This document shows positions 25,775 through 38,167 of a stretch of 64,000 nt of DNA, piece after piece. Source of the DNA: Octopus vulgaris. Its lineage: Eukaryota. Position 1 is the stretch's first letter, and each line of letters starts with the position of its first letter. The translations under genes and the position numbers were made by a program. The stretch lies in NCBI GenBank assembly GCA_951406725.2, contig OX597816.1, positions 161,944,001-162,008,000 of the forward strand. The letters are read 5' to 3'. The notes below the pieces were generated by a model that searched no databases, had not been told where the DNA came from, and saw only the letters and a list, made by a program, of their open reading frames with translations.

Positions 25775-26087
25775 GAAATGAAGAAAATGCTGAAATAATT
25801 TAAGTAAGGGAGAGTGTATTTAATTAGATGAAAGTTCTTTTTACGGTTGCGCATTTGTTATGCTTATCAAAAGATATGTTTTTAAGAGAGATAGAGTTTC
25901 TTTCTGATAGATTTTTTTTCTCTTATCAGATAAGAGAAAAAAAATCTATCAGAAAGGAACTCTATCTCTCTTAAAAATATCTTTTGATAAGCATAACAAA
26001 TGCGCAACCGGTAAAAAGAACTTTCATCTAATTAAATACACTCTCCCTTACTTAAATTATTTTGTCAGCATTTTCTTCATTTCCTTT
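25771..26087. repeat. ~317-bp near-perfect palindrome next to (TA)n
   Basis: Centre CTCTTATC-A-GATAAGAG at 25928; arms match outward to AAAGGAAATGAAG / CTTCATTTCCTTT with a few indels. Confidence 0.92.
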
Positions 26088-26123
26088 TTTTATATATCAC
26101 AACTCGTGTTCCACATCTTTTTT

Positions 26124-26160
<37 letters not shown>

Positions 26161-26418
26161 GTCTGCGTGTATATATGCATATGTTTATCATGTATGGTAT
26201 TTTCATTTCTAGATTTCTTGTCAATGGAGAAAGAGCCGGTTTCCATCATAGATCCAAGAGTCCTTCAATAGAATTTTTAACAAAGAAGTTGTGCATGTAT
26301 GTACGTATATGTTTGTATGTGTAAGCATTCTGTGTATGTTTGTGCTTTGTATATATGTGTAATTGTATGTATATTATTATGTAATTTGTATGTATATGTG
26401 ATTGTATGTGATTGTATG

Positions 26419-26477
<59 letters not shown>

Positions 26478-26599
26478 GTTCTCATTGGAAAAGGTAGAGA
26501 AAAGATGTAAAAAGCTAATAGGCTACAATGAAGTTGATGTATCGTACACATCCGATCACGAAACAGATCTTTACATATATCGAATATGAATAAGTGTAC

Positions 26600-26985
26600 C
26601 ATAAAACACCTTTCAACTTATCATTTCAAACAGTAGACTTCACCCATTTATAATTCATTAACAGAATTTTGTTCAAATATCTTCACTCTCTAAACAAATA
26701 TTTCAAGTCTTTAAGTTGATAGCTCATTGCATGAGGTTATTTAATATAACTTTCTCAGTATTGCAGAAGTTGCAACATTCATGTCCGTAAATATATGTTT
26801 CGTGGAGATTCATGATTTCTACTTAAATTCTTATATTGTTGATAGCCTTGTCTTTCTACTCCCATATATAACTAGATGTAGCTGTGGAATTTTTCTTTTC
26901 TAAATTTGAGAACGATGAATTATGATTAAAGTAGCATTTCTTAAATTCCCCTTCTGGCATATCAATGTAGCGTTTACTTATGAAA
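26600..26985 (-). pseudogene. Penelope-like GIY-YIG remnant
   Basis: Minus strand RYIDMPEGEFKKCYFNHNSSFSNLEKKNSTATSSYIWE resembles PLE YIGMTEGEFKKRYxNHxxSF..STxLSxYIW. Confidence 0.65.
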
Positions 26986-27549
26986 TTAAAGTTGAAACTT
27001 AAAATCGCGGTGTTTCTCATCAGATCACTAAATTTTCCTGAAATTCTTACAATTCCCTATTTCAACAATTACAGACAATGTCATCTACTATGTTTTCTAC
27101 TATCCTATCATTACTAAAGGTTTCTGAAGAATATTCTACATTTTAAGAAGTCAGTAGCAACTAACTTTAAAACTACTTCTGTTAAATAATTTCTATATCC
27201 ATCGTATATAGGGAAATATTTATCGATAATTACTAAAAAATATTTGGTTACAATAGAATAAAAGTTTAGTAAAACGGTAAGAAAATGGGATAAGCCATAT
27301 GATTCTGTCTATATTTTTCTTTAACAAAGTGATATACTACAAAAGTAGAGTCCAGTGTAATCCATAGGTAGGAGAGGTGCAGCAGGAGTGTAAAAAGTCC
27401 AAAAGAGAATCCGTAAAGGGTAGAAAGGTAGAAAGTCCAGTGGAGAAGTTCGTGGGTGATGAGAGGAGACAGAATCAACTGGTGCGACCACGTGAGGGTG
27501 TGTTATATGGGGAGAATTCACGAAAAAGACGAAGACAGGTGGTGTAGAA

Positions 27550-30430
27550 ATATTGTCTGGCAGGATGTTGAACAACTGCGGGCCCTTGAAACCAAGACTA
27601 TTGCAGTACTGTGTCCTTATTTTAGGTGGGGCATACAGGATCTTTGGTATGATGCAGTGCCGTCTAGTTCGAGGATTGGTAGAGCCGGCAATTCCAAAAT
27701 TGGGAGCTAAACCCGCCAAGATCTCTCTCTTCTCTCACGGGAATAGCAACTCAGTTCCTTTAGCCTCTCCTAGTAGCCCATCTTTTGCATCGAGTCAATC
27801 TTCTCTGTGTATTGACGTGGGATTGCTTCGAGTTCCACAATTTGTTTCACACTCTCTGGGGACCATAATTGGGAGCAGTAGTCCAAGCGGCTGAGAACGA
27901 AAGTCCTACATAGGAGTAGCAGGGCCTTCCTTTTCGTTGTTCTGAATGTCCTCAGAATCCAGCCAGCCACTCGCCTGCACAGTGTTGCCATCTTGGTAAT
28001 ATTCACATGGAGTGTTGCATCATTGCTCATGTAGACTCCCTGGTCACACACCGGCCCTGATTCTGGAGTCGTATTACCTTCTCGTCCAGTGTATTCCGAT
28101 TTTAGCTTGGTGTTGGGCCGATAGTGGATTACCTGAAATTTCATGGTGTTGAACTGTATGTTATTTTTGTTAGCCCATTTGTATATTTCGTTTGGGTCTT
28201 TCTGCAGTTATATGATGCCCTCCGGGTTCCTAACTGCCTGCGATACTTTTGTGTCGTCAGCATAACTGGTCAGATTGGCTGACTGTACCGCGGAGGCATG
28301 TGTGAGAGGGTCACTACAAATAGTAGTGGCCTCAGTACACTTCCCTGTGGGGCTCTGCTGAGAATGGTGTCTCTTCAGAGTGAGGACCATTGGCTACAAC
28401 TGTCTGACTCCTGCCCTTCAGAAAGTCATGCAGCCACTCTCCCAGTTTCCCAGTAATACCAAGGTTTCGCAGCTTGTGACATACCATGCCATGATCAACA
28501 TTGTCGAAGGGTTTGGCAAAGTCGAGGTTTATCACATCTACAGCTGACTCGTTTAGCTGTTGCTTCAGTATCCAGTCAAAGTGCTATAGCAACTGTGTGT
28601 GGCAGCTCCTCCCTGGACGGAAGCCTTGTTGCGTGTTTGTGAGAAGGTTTTTTACTTCTAGGAACGTGATAAATCTCTTTCTAACAATGCGTTCCATAGT
28701 CTTGCTAGCATGTGAGGTTAGAGAGATGGGCCTGTAGTTTTTAGCATCTTCTCTGCTGCCTCCTTTGTGGACAGGGCATATTATACCTGCTTTTAGCATG
28801 TTGGGAAGTTTACCACATGCAAAGAAACTCTGAAAGAGCATCTGTAGTGGCTTTGTAAGAGCCTTTTTACATGTTTTAAGAGATCAGCCGGGAGTCCACC
28901 TGAGCTCGTTGCTTAGTTTGATTTCATCATCAGTAGCCGATATTACATCTTCTTCTGTTATGCTGATGTAATCGATGGCTGCCTCTTTTCCAAATTCGTT
29001 ACATTGAAAAGTTCCTCAGGCTTGTTTATTTACATATTTTTTTCAGTGGAGAAGAGAAAACACTTCGGAATTGTTTATTTAGTGTTTCACTGATCTTTCC
29101 CGGGTCTGCAGTTAGTGAACCGTTTTTACGAAATAGTGGTCCTATTTTATAGCGTACTGAGGCAAACTCCTTTGCCAACGTGTAGAAGGCTTTAGGATTT
29201 CTTTTTATATTTTCGGTTGCCCAGGTTTCTCTTTCTCCACTTTCTTTTTCATGGTAGAGTTTGAGTTTATTTTCAAACCCGAAGAGTTCCTCTGTTAGGT
29301 GGGATTTCACTCTGTCATTGAGATGTTTGTTTAAAAAATTCGAGATCTTTATTCTCCGCCGTATGAGTATTCTCTCTTCTCTGGGGCATATTTATTGCAT
29401 ATGGCTCGCATTTTTGATATGAATTCATTGAGTTTCATATGCATATCTTGCAAAGAGAGACTTTTAGGCCAGTCCTGCTGGAGTATCTATTTCTCAAGTG
29501 ACTTCCAATCAGCCTCATAGATATTTAGGATGGATGGGGTTTGAGCGCTATCTGTGCAGAATTTATCTTTAGTTAATTCCGGGCCGTACATTTCTATTAT
29601 GTTATAGTCTGAGAATATTGTCGGCCATATATTGACGTTGTGAATAATTTCCACATTGTTTATAAAACAGAGGTCCAAGTTATGTTTGTGCCTGGTTGGA
29701 AAGAGAGTATGATCTTAGTTAGTTAGTTAATTTGGCTCAAAAGCAAATAGCAAGGCCATGTAGGGGACATGGAGTTAAGTACAGGGTGGTGTTCATGTAA
29801 AGAGTTCAGGCCACTTGAGGTCAAGGGAGGCTTTGAACAAAGCGGTCGTCGGCATCTTCACCATCTCGTCTGGCAGCTTGTTCCACGGATCCGCAACCCG
29901 GACGGAGAAAGCTCCTCTCCTTCGATTGAGATGAAATCGTCGCAGGTAGAGCTTTTCGGAATGACCCCGCAGCCGACGCTCTGGAGCAGGAGTGAAGAAC
30001 AGCTCTTTCGAGAGGTTACACTTTCCGCTTATGATGTTGTGGGCGAGAATGACATCACCACGGCGGCGGCGTTTTTCTAGAGAATAAAGGTCGAGCGTCC
30101 TCAGCCTTTCTTCATAGGACAAATTTTTGAGACCATGAACCATGCGGGTAGCCAGCTTCTGGACTCTTTCGAGATGCTGTATGTCTTTGAGGAGATAAGG
30201 AGAAGAGGATCCACGAATAGCATTTTCACAAGATTAAGTAGAGATTCTGCTTGATTTCGCTCTTTGGGAGTCATTCCTGGGGTTATGTTGCCCTCAGGGG
30301 AAATTTGGGAAGATGAAGTCACCCATCGGGAATATAGTAGTACGTTGATCCAATTGTGTTAGTACTCCTTTTTATCATACTGAGGCTTTCCTCAGATTTT
30401 CCATCATGATTTGAAGCACCAAATTCTCCA
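27550..30430 (-). mobile_element. Old, frameshifted CR1-clade LINE related to 9124-11011, including part of the endonuclease region; interrupted at 29716-30207
   Basis: Fragments [66 protein letters not shown]; upstream NIKRNPKAFY and LDLCFINN. Confidence 0.9.
29716..30207 (-). mobile_element. 3' end of a different CR1-type LINE with (TAAC)n tail, nested in the older LINE
   Basis: ORF 29793-30143 LSYEERLRTLDLYSLEKRRRRGDVI..RGHSEKL..FSVRVADPWNKLP (classic CR1 C-terminus); TAGTTAGTTAGTTA tail at 29716; GATC on both sides. Confidence 0.88.
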
Positions 30431-31149
30431 TCATGATTTGCGGCGTATATATGTAAAGTAAAAACAAATGGCGTTTAAATTTTACGACAGCTGTTTCGGT
30501 AGAATATTATTTAATACAGACATAAAAGATTGCATTATAATATACAATCCACCACCACCAGATTAAATTCACACACACACACACACACACAAACGTACAC
30601 ATACATGTATACACACAGATACATATATATATTACACGCATGCGCATACACATACACACATATAACATCCACAGAATATCAAATAAATCAACAAAATCAG
30701 TAATCTCTTTCGTTATTTGTGTTTCAATTGACCTTTCCGAAATCTGTGTGAGATATATTGCGTTCTTTTATAGATTCGCAAACAAAAAGAAAAAAATAAA
30801 CAATTGAACAAAACAAATTAGACTTTGACTTAATCAAATCTTACGACCCAAATAATCCACTAAACTAGAAATGAACTCAATATTACATTTATATGTTGCT
30901 AGTTATTTCATAGATACGCGTTGATTATAATCAATATTGCGTACGACGAAATATTTAATAATTGTATAGTAAAAATTGTATACTATAGTATAGTAATAAG
31001 ATATTTAATAATTTGTTGCGGAAGATGCCGAGCTGGCAGAACCATCAGCATGGCATCAGCAGTCGATTCGTTCGACTAAAAGCAGTGCTCCATCATGGCC
31101 GCAGTCAAATAGCAGAAACAAGTAAAAGAGTAAAAGAATACTCTCGTAT

Positions 31150-31412
31150 GTGGAGGCGCGGTTAACCTAGTGGTTAAAGTATTGTACTCACGATCACTAC
31201 ATTATGAGTTCGATTTCCGGGCCGGCTGCGCGTTATGTTCCTGAGCAAAACACCTCATTTCACATTGCTCCAGTTCTAGTCTTCCGATCAGGGGATGGAA
31301 TGTTGGCCTATTCGCCTGGCCAGCGGGCTGACGTCATTCGAAAGCAAAAACAATGCGAGGCTGATTGTGACTAGAGATGTATAACAGCATTCAAAAGTCT
31401 GACCGATACCGT
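31150..31412 (+). mobile_element. Diverged family C-type SINE head with alternative tail
   Basis: GTGGAGGCGCGG..CCTAGTGGTT..GTTCGATTTCC..TGAGCAAAACACCTCATTTCACATTGCTCCAG; tail shared with 57585-57705. Confidence 0.65.
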
Positions 31413-31967
31413 GGTGTGTGTGTATATGAGGGTTGTACTGCTACATGTCATTGAAATTGCACAGAGAGTAAAAGTAACTCTGTCATTTAGTAATTCGTCG
31501 TTCCGTTCCATGTCCGAAAGCATTATTATGCAATAATACAATCATAGGTTGATACAAACACTCACTGGAAAAAATATATATTTGTTTATATCAGCATTTA
31601 TCGCTCGCTTTCCATGCTAGCATAGGCTGACAGTTAGAAAGGAGCTAGCGAGCCATAGAGCGGTACGAAGCACCAACGTCTATGTTGGCATGGTTCCTAC
31701 GGCTGGATGCTCTATCTATCTATCATACAAAGATACATGTACATTTATATGCAGGCCTATATACACACACGGGCGATAAATGTGTGACTGTGTGGGTATG
31801 TCTGTCTATTTTTGTAAATGTGAGTATATGCACAGGCTTAAGTATATACACACTTATACATGCAATATATATATAAGTATATATGAGTATCCTGTGTTTG
31901 ATGGGGAAGAAGAGCTGTAGTGAAGAATACATCTATCCATCCATCCATCTATCTATTTATTTAACAC

Positions 31968-32067
<100 letters not shown>

Positions 32068-32176
32068 CACATGCATACGTGGACGTTTATATGTACGTCT
32101 TTATATATATATATATGTGTATGCGTTTAAAAGTTTTGCATCTCAGTATAGCTACATACATAGAGTAATAAAACCA

Positions 32177-32248
<72 letters not shown>

Positions 32249-32604
32249 CACACACACACGCCCGAATGCAAACCAGTACACACGTACCATAGGCATATAC
32301 CAATGGTGGATTGTTTCAACGTAATTACATGTCCATTTGTGTATATATGTGTGCAGCTGATTGCATACATATTTGGAACACGAAGGAAGTAGTTTTACGT
32401 ACAGCTTTGATTGCAGTTTGAAAAAGACAGGTAATGTGAAGATAACTGATGCTGATAAAGGTAAGGTAAGCTAAAGAAAGATTCTTTCCATTCAAAGTGG
32501 GAGCCGTCTTCAGATAGAAATCCAGATAAAACCGGTAGATGTCACATAAGAAATTCAGATTTAATGCTGGAGATTAAGGTAAGACAACGTCTATGGTTTC
32601 ATGA

Positions 32605-32729
32605 AAACGACGACGATGGCGATGATGATGATGATGACGACGACGACGACGATGACGACAACGCCGTGGTTGATGCTGATATATCATCGTCATCATCATC
32701 ATCATCATCTTCGTCGTCGTCATCATCAT

Positions 32730-32760
<31 letters not shown>

Positions 32761-34085
32761 ATCATCATCATCATCATCATCATTATCGTCATCGTCATCG
32801 TCGTCGTCATCATCATCATCATCATCATCGTCGTCGTCATCATCATCATTGTCTTCATCATCGTCGTTGTCGTCTTCACATCCCTCAAAATCGTCAACAG
32901 CAGCAGCAACACGAATATCACCACCACCATCACCATCACCACCACCACCACCAACACTGCCGCCGCTGCTGCCGTCACCGTCATCGCCGTGATCATCGTC
33001 ATCATCACCAGCGGCAGCAGCAGCTGTATCATCATTACCATCACTATCGTCGTTATATTTACCACCACCACCACTACCACCACCACCACCATCACCACCA
33101 CCACCACCACCACCACCTCCACCACCACAACCACCACCACCACCACTATCACCACCACCACCACCATCACCACCACCACCACCAGCAAACCCACCACCAC
33201 CACCATCACCACCACCACCACCACAACCACAACCACCACCACCACAACCACCACCACCATCACCACCACCACCACCACCACCACAACCACCACCACCACC
33301 ACAAACACCAACACCATCACCACCACCACCACCACCAACACCACCACCACCACCACCATCATCAACCACCACCACTCATCACCACCACCACCACCACCAC
33401 CACCTCCACCACCACCACCACCACCACCACCACCACCACCACCACCATCACCACCACCACCACCACCACCACCACCACCACCACCACCATCTACCACAAC
33501 CACCACCTCCAAAACCACCACCACCATCACCACCACCACCACCACCACCACCACCACCACCACCACCACCACCACCACCACACCACCACCACCACCACCA
33601 CCACCACCACCAACACAACCACCACCACCACCACCACCACCACCACCACCACCACCACCACCACCACCACCACAACCACCACCACAACCACCACCATCAC
33701 CACCACCACCACCACCACCACCACCATCTACCACAACCACCACCACCAAAACCACCACCACCCTCACCACCACCACCACCACCAACACAACCACCACCAC
33801 CACCACAACCACCACCACCATCACCACCACCACCACCACCACCACCAACACAACCACCACACCACAACCACCACCACCACCACCACACCACCACCACCAC
33901 CACCACCACAACCACCACCACCACCACCACCACCATCACCACCACCACCACCACCACCACCACCACCACCACAACCACCACCACCATCTACCACAACCAC
34001 CACAACCACCAACACCATCACCACCACCACCACCACCACCACCTCACCACCACCACCACCACAACTACCACCACCACCACCACGA
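32605..34085. repeat. ~1.5-kb compound trinucleotide array: (GAT/GAC), (TCA/TCG/TCC), then ~1 kb (ACC)n
   Basis: Directly visible; open in several frames only because the units lack stop codons. Confidence 0.95.
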
Positions 34086-34260
34086 TTGTCATCGTCAGGT
34101 GGGAGATGTCGCAGTAAAAACAGCAAATATCAGCAGCAACGGCAATAAGGCTCTGTTGAGGAATGCATAGGTCAGAGCATGGAAGGGAGACGAGCTTAAA
34201 TGTTAAACGTCCAATCTGCACTGCGGGGAAGAAGTATGAATGAACGCAGACACACACACC

Positions 34261-34569
34261 ATTCAAAACTAGAGTAATATTAGTGTGCATTGCATTAAGA
34301 CTTTTAATCAATGATATAGTTGGCTCTCCGTCGCTTTCCACGATGAGTATTCAGTTTTACAGGAACTGAAGTAGCTGCGCATTGAAATAACGTGTAAGTG
34401 GGTGAAAGTTCCACAGTAACGACTCCACTTAAACATTTCAAAATCTACAATCATTTCATCATTGTGTTACAAGGCTGAACGTTTACATTACAAGTGCAAA
34501 TCATCCAATGGGCTTCCGAACAGTTTCCATCTATTCAGCTTCATTTACATGGCTTGGGTAAACCTGAAG
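34261..34569 (-). repeat. Inverted copy of 36434-36740
   Basis: ~310 bp with only a few mismatches; both copies give the same ORF-track peptides (MESDGEPTISLIKS.., MQIIQWAS..) on opposite strands. Confidence 0.92.
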
Positions 34570-34656
34570 CAGACACACACACACACACACGTTATAGACA
34601 GTCGCACGCAGACATATGTATGTCTATATATACGTATGTATATGCATGTATGTATG

Positions 34657-34723
<67 letters not shown>

Positions 34724-34731
34724 GTATATAT

Positions 34732-34928
34732 CTTTTACTTTTTACTCTTTTACTTGTTTCAGTCGCTTGACTGTGGCCATGCTGGAGCACCGCTTTTAGT
34801 CGAGCAAATCGACCCCAGGACTTATTTTTTGTAAGCCCAGTACTTATTCTATCGGTCCGTTTTGCCGAACTGAACCCGGAACCATGTGGTTCGTAAGCAA
34901 GCTACTTACCACACAGCCACTCCTACGC
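34732..34928 (-). mobile_element. SINE family D, internally deleted (head fused to tail)
   Basis: Minus strand GGAGTGGCTGTGTGGTAAGTAGCTTGC..GGTTCAG joined to TTCGGCAAAACGGACCGATAGAATAAG..GCGGTGCTCCAGCATGGCCACAGTC. Confidence 0.8.
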
Positions 34929-35311
34929 CTATATATATAAAGCTGAAGTTTTCTGTGTATAGCAGGTTTGGTAGCCTTCAACTAACACCATCTCCTCCGA
35001 GACCCGGCGGCGCAAGTTTACCAAAATTGAGAGTATGATAGAAGAAGGCTTGCTCTTCCTTTCGTAGAAGAAAAAAATTCAAATCGGACCACGCTAACAC
35101 CAAAAATTATTTACATTAAAAAGCTGCTTTTTTTCTATGAAAATCCCTATTTTTTACGATTTTTTGACTGCTGTGTCGTCATTGTATTTCAACCAGAAAA
35201 ATGTTCACTTAAAGAGAATAACAAGCTACATAATGCACAGTTTTTACTTTTCAAAAATTCCAATTCTAATGGGTCGAAACAAACCTGAGCAACGCCGGGC
35301 GATACTGCTAG
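34929..35311 (+). mobile_element. Non-autonomous Helitron-like element
   Basis: 5' CTATATATATAAAGCTG; 3' hairpin CCTGAGCAACGCCGGG followed shortly by CTAG (35308-35311) and T. The same 3' hairpin occurs as a fragment near 7724-7750. Confidence 0.7.
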
Positions 35312-35611
35312 TATATGTATATGTATATATGCTTGAGCGTATGAATGACATAAACTGGATGATGCGTGGACATTAAATGAAGATAGACATTATAAAATAC
35401 GAGGAGCATTCCAGAAGTATTGAGACATTTCTGTCGGAGACAGACATAACTGTCCTAGATTATTGTAATTTTAGGATATCTTTACTGTACAAGTAATTAG
35501 TTGCTCTGCTGACTTTTGTTACTCCACATCGAAGGAGACTGTAACACCTCTTTGAACACACCCTCAGAACAGTGCTTGTCACAACCGTTACTTTGCAGAA
35601 TACAGTCGGGA

Positions 35612-36164
35612 GAATAAAGGCGGCGAGCTGGCAGAATCGTTAGCACGCCGGGCGAAAGTGGCATTTCGTCTGCCGTTAAGTTCTGAGTTCAAATTCCACC
35701 GAGGTCGACTTTGCCTTTCATCCTTTCGGGGGTCGATAAATTAAGTACCAGTACTTAATCCGTTTGTCTATCCTTGTTTGTCCTCTCTCTGTTTAGCCCC
35801 TTGTGGGTAGGAAAGAAATAGGTATTTCGTCTGCCGCTTGGTTCTGAGTTCAAATTCCGCCGAGGTCGACTCTGCCTTTCATCCTTTCGGGGTCGATAAA
35901 TTAAGTACCAGTACTTAATCCGTTTGTCTGTCCTCGTTTGTCCTCTCTCTGTTTAGCCCCTTGTGGGTAGGAAAGAAATAGGTATTTCGTCTGCCGCTAC
36001 GTTCTGAGTTCAAATTCCGCCGAGGTCGACTTTGCCTTTCATCCTTTCTGGGTCGATAAATAAAGTGCCAGTTACGCACTGGGGTCGATGTAATCGACTT
36101 AATCCGTTTGTCTGTCCTTGTTTGTCCCCTCTGTGTTTAGCCCCTTGTGGGCAATAAAGAAATA
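35612..36164 (+). mobile_element. Trimeric SINE family A insertion with 15-bp target-site duplication
   Basis: One head (GGCGGCGAGCTGGCAGAATCGTTAGCACG) plus three ~160-bp bodies; AGAATACAGTCGGGA at 35597-35611 and 36165-36179. Confidence 0.88.
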
Positions 36165-37046
36165 AGAATACAGTCGGGACACGAAGACAAATTGGACGCT
36201 CGCTATACAATAAAATTTCATCTTAAACTTAATGATTAACGCGTATTTGTTTTTCCAGTATTTGTTTCTCGTCCATGCAAGAGGCCAGGCAAAAGAATGC
36301 CACCGGGAAGCTCATAAAACGTTGTTTATCGCTTTTAATATTTTACCAGTTATGGATGTGGTACAGCTGAATAGTGAATGATTTTGCTTTGCAATCTCGA
36401 GTGTGGCATCTTGGGCAAGTATCTTTACCATAACTTCAGGTTTACCCAAACCATGTAAATGAAGTTGAATAGATGGAAACTGTCCGGAAGCCCATTGGAT
36501 GATTTGCACTTGTAATTTAAACGTTCAGCCTTGTAACACAATGATGAAATGATTGTAAATTGAAATGTTTAAGTGGAGTCGTTACTGTGGAACTTTCACC
36601 CACTTACACGTTATTTCAATGAGCAGCTACTTCAGTTCTTGTAAAACTGAATACTCATCGTGGAAAGCGACGGAGAGCCAACTATATCATTGATTAAAAG
36701 TCTTAATGCAATGCACACTAATATTACTCTAGTTTTGAATTTCTCTGAAAGTTTCTTATTTACTTCAGATTGGAAACAGTTAAGTTTTCTAAATTTGATG
36801 TTTTTAATCAAAGTGAGGTATTCATCTTTGAAGTGGGTATAGAAGACTATTAACTGATGTAGAATTATTATTAGATTCCAATCAGAATTTAGTATTGTTT
36901 CAATTGTTTCCTGTTTGTCATAAATATAACGAACGTCAACTAAAACTTTTAATAAAGCTGTTGGTCGTCTGCATAAGACATTTAAATAACTCTTCTTAGA
37001 AGGAGCGGCGTTGTTTCAGTAAATAGAAAAAAAGAGTCGTTTAATA

Positions 37047-37150
37047 CCGTAAATCCTCGAGTATAGTCCGCCCTTGAGTATAATACGCCGGGGATTTTTA
37101 GGGGACTGTACCTCTGAAAGACCTAAACCTTGTGTATAATACGCACCCCT
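37047..37150 (+). mobile_element. Tc1/mariner (pogo/Tc2-like) terminus
   Basis: TA-CCGTAAAT start with repeated subterminal motifs GAGTATAGTCCGC, GAGTATAATACGC, GTGTATAATACGC; no partner end found. Confidence 0.5.
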
Positions 37151-37646
37151 TCTCTAACTTTAGTCGTGCGTAATTAAGCCAGCAGAACCAAGTCGAAGAA
37201 ACACTTCCGCGCATGAGTAATACAATAATGGTCATGTTCTTAACTGTTATATGGGAATGTAAATATGTTTGCAAATTGTTTTTGTTACATGTTATTCTGT
37301 GTTTTGAATATTTTTACTTTAATAAATGTTGCTTACTGCAAATTATGGATGATTCTTTTACGACTTCATTGCTTTCAGGTTTAGTTTAAGAACGCAGAAC
37401 TTGTAATAGGTACAATTAGGGACATTTATTAATTATTTTCTTATAACAACCATGTTTGTTTTTGCTTGTGCATCATCAGAGAAAGTGTGACAATTAATGC
37501 TTTAAAGTGGGAGTTAATTAATAGAGAATCTAAAACAAAGGAGAAGAGTAAAAGAGAGAAAGAGCCAGAAAGAGATAAGAATTGAGGATTTCAATATTTG
37601 AATTGTAGATTTCCTAGTCTTTAATCAAGACAAATCATATACATAC

Positions 37647-37696
<50 letters not shown>

Positions 37697-37867
37697 AACA
37701 CACACACACATCATAATATTACAATGTAGACCAGACCATCTGATGCTGTCACACATCGCTGGTCACAATGCGCTTCCAATTCTGTGTTGAGTAATTTAGA
37801 GTAATATGCTTTAACGTGAAACTGAGTAACAGCTTTTGTTGTATCTATGCTGCTTTCAAATAAGGTA

Positions 37868-37901
<34 letters not shown>

Positions 37902-37997
37902 CATACATACATACACACATACATACATACATAAATACATACATACATACACACATATATAAATGAAAGAATGGAGTCGAACGACGATTTAACAAAA

Positions 37998-38096
37998 TTC
38001 CTTTGTTCTCGACACATGTTTCGAAGACTGCATATTCTTAATTCCGAAGGAATAAAGGGTGCATTATGCCGTCTTCTCATCAGGAAAGACAAGGAA
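37998..38096 (-). ncRNA. Type I hammerhead ribozyme with canonical core and extended stem II
   Basis: Minus strand TTCCTTGTCTTTC-CTGATGA-GAAGAC[42 nt]GTCTTC-GAAAC-ATGT-GTC-GAGAACAAAGGAA; predicted cleavage 3' of position 38011; lies in a (TA)n-bracketed segment 37961-38140. Confidence 0.82.
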
Positions 38097-38167
38097 CTTA
38101 TGTCAGCATCATGACGAACAAAAACTTTTAGATGACTGCCTATACATATATATATATATATATATAT

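Noticed and set aside
32564-34170. Long His/Pro/Thr/Gly-rich ORFs (up to 515 aa) resembling extensin or mucin
   Set aside because: Pure trinucleotide array with overlapping ORFs in nearly all frames and no unique domain.
35660-36164. CRISPR-like repeat array
   Set aside because: Units are whole ~160-bp SINE bodies without unique spacers; eukaryotic context and no cas genes.
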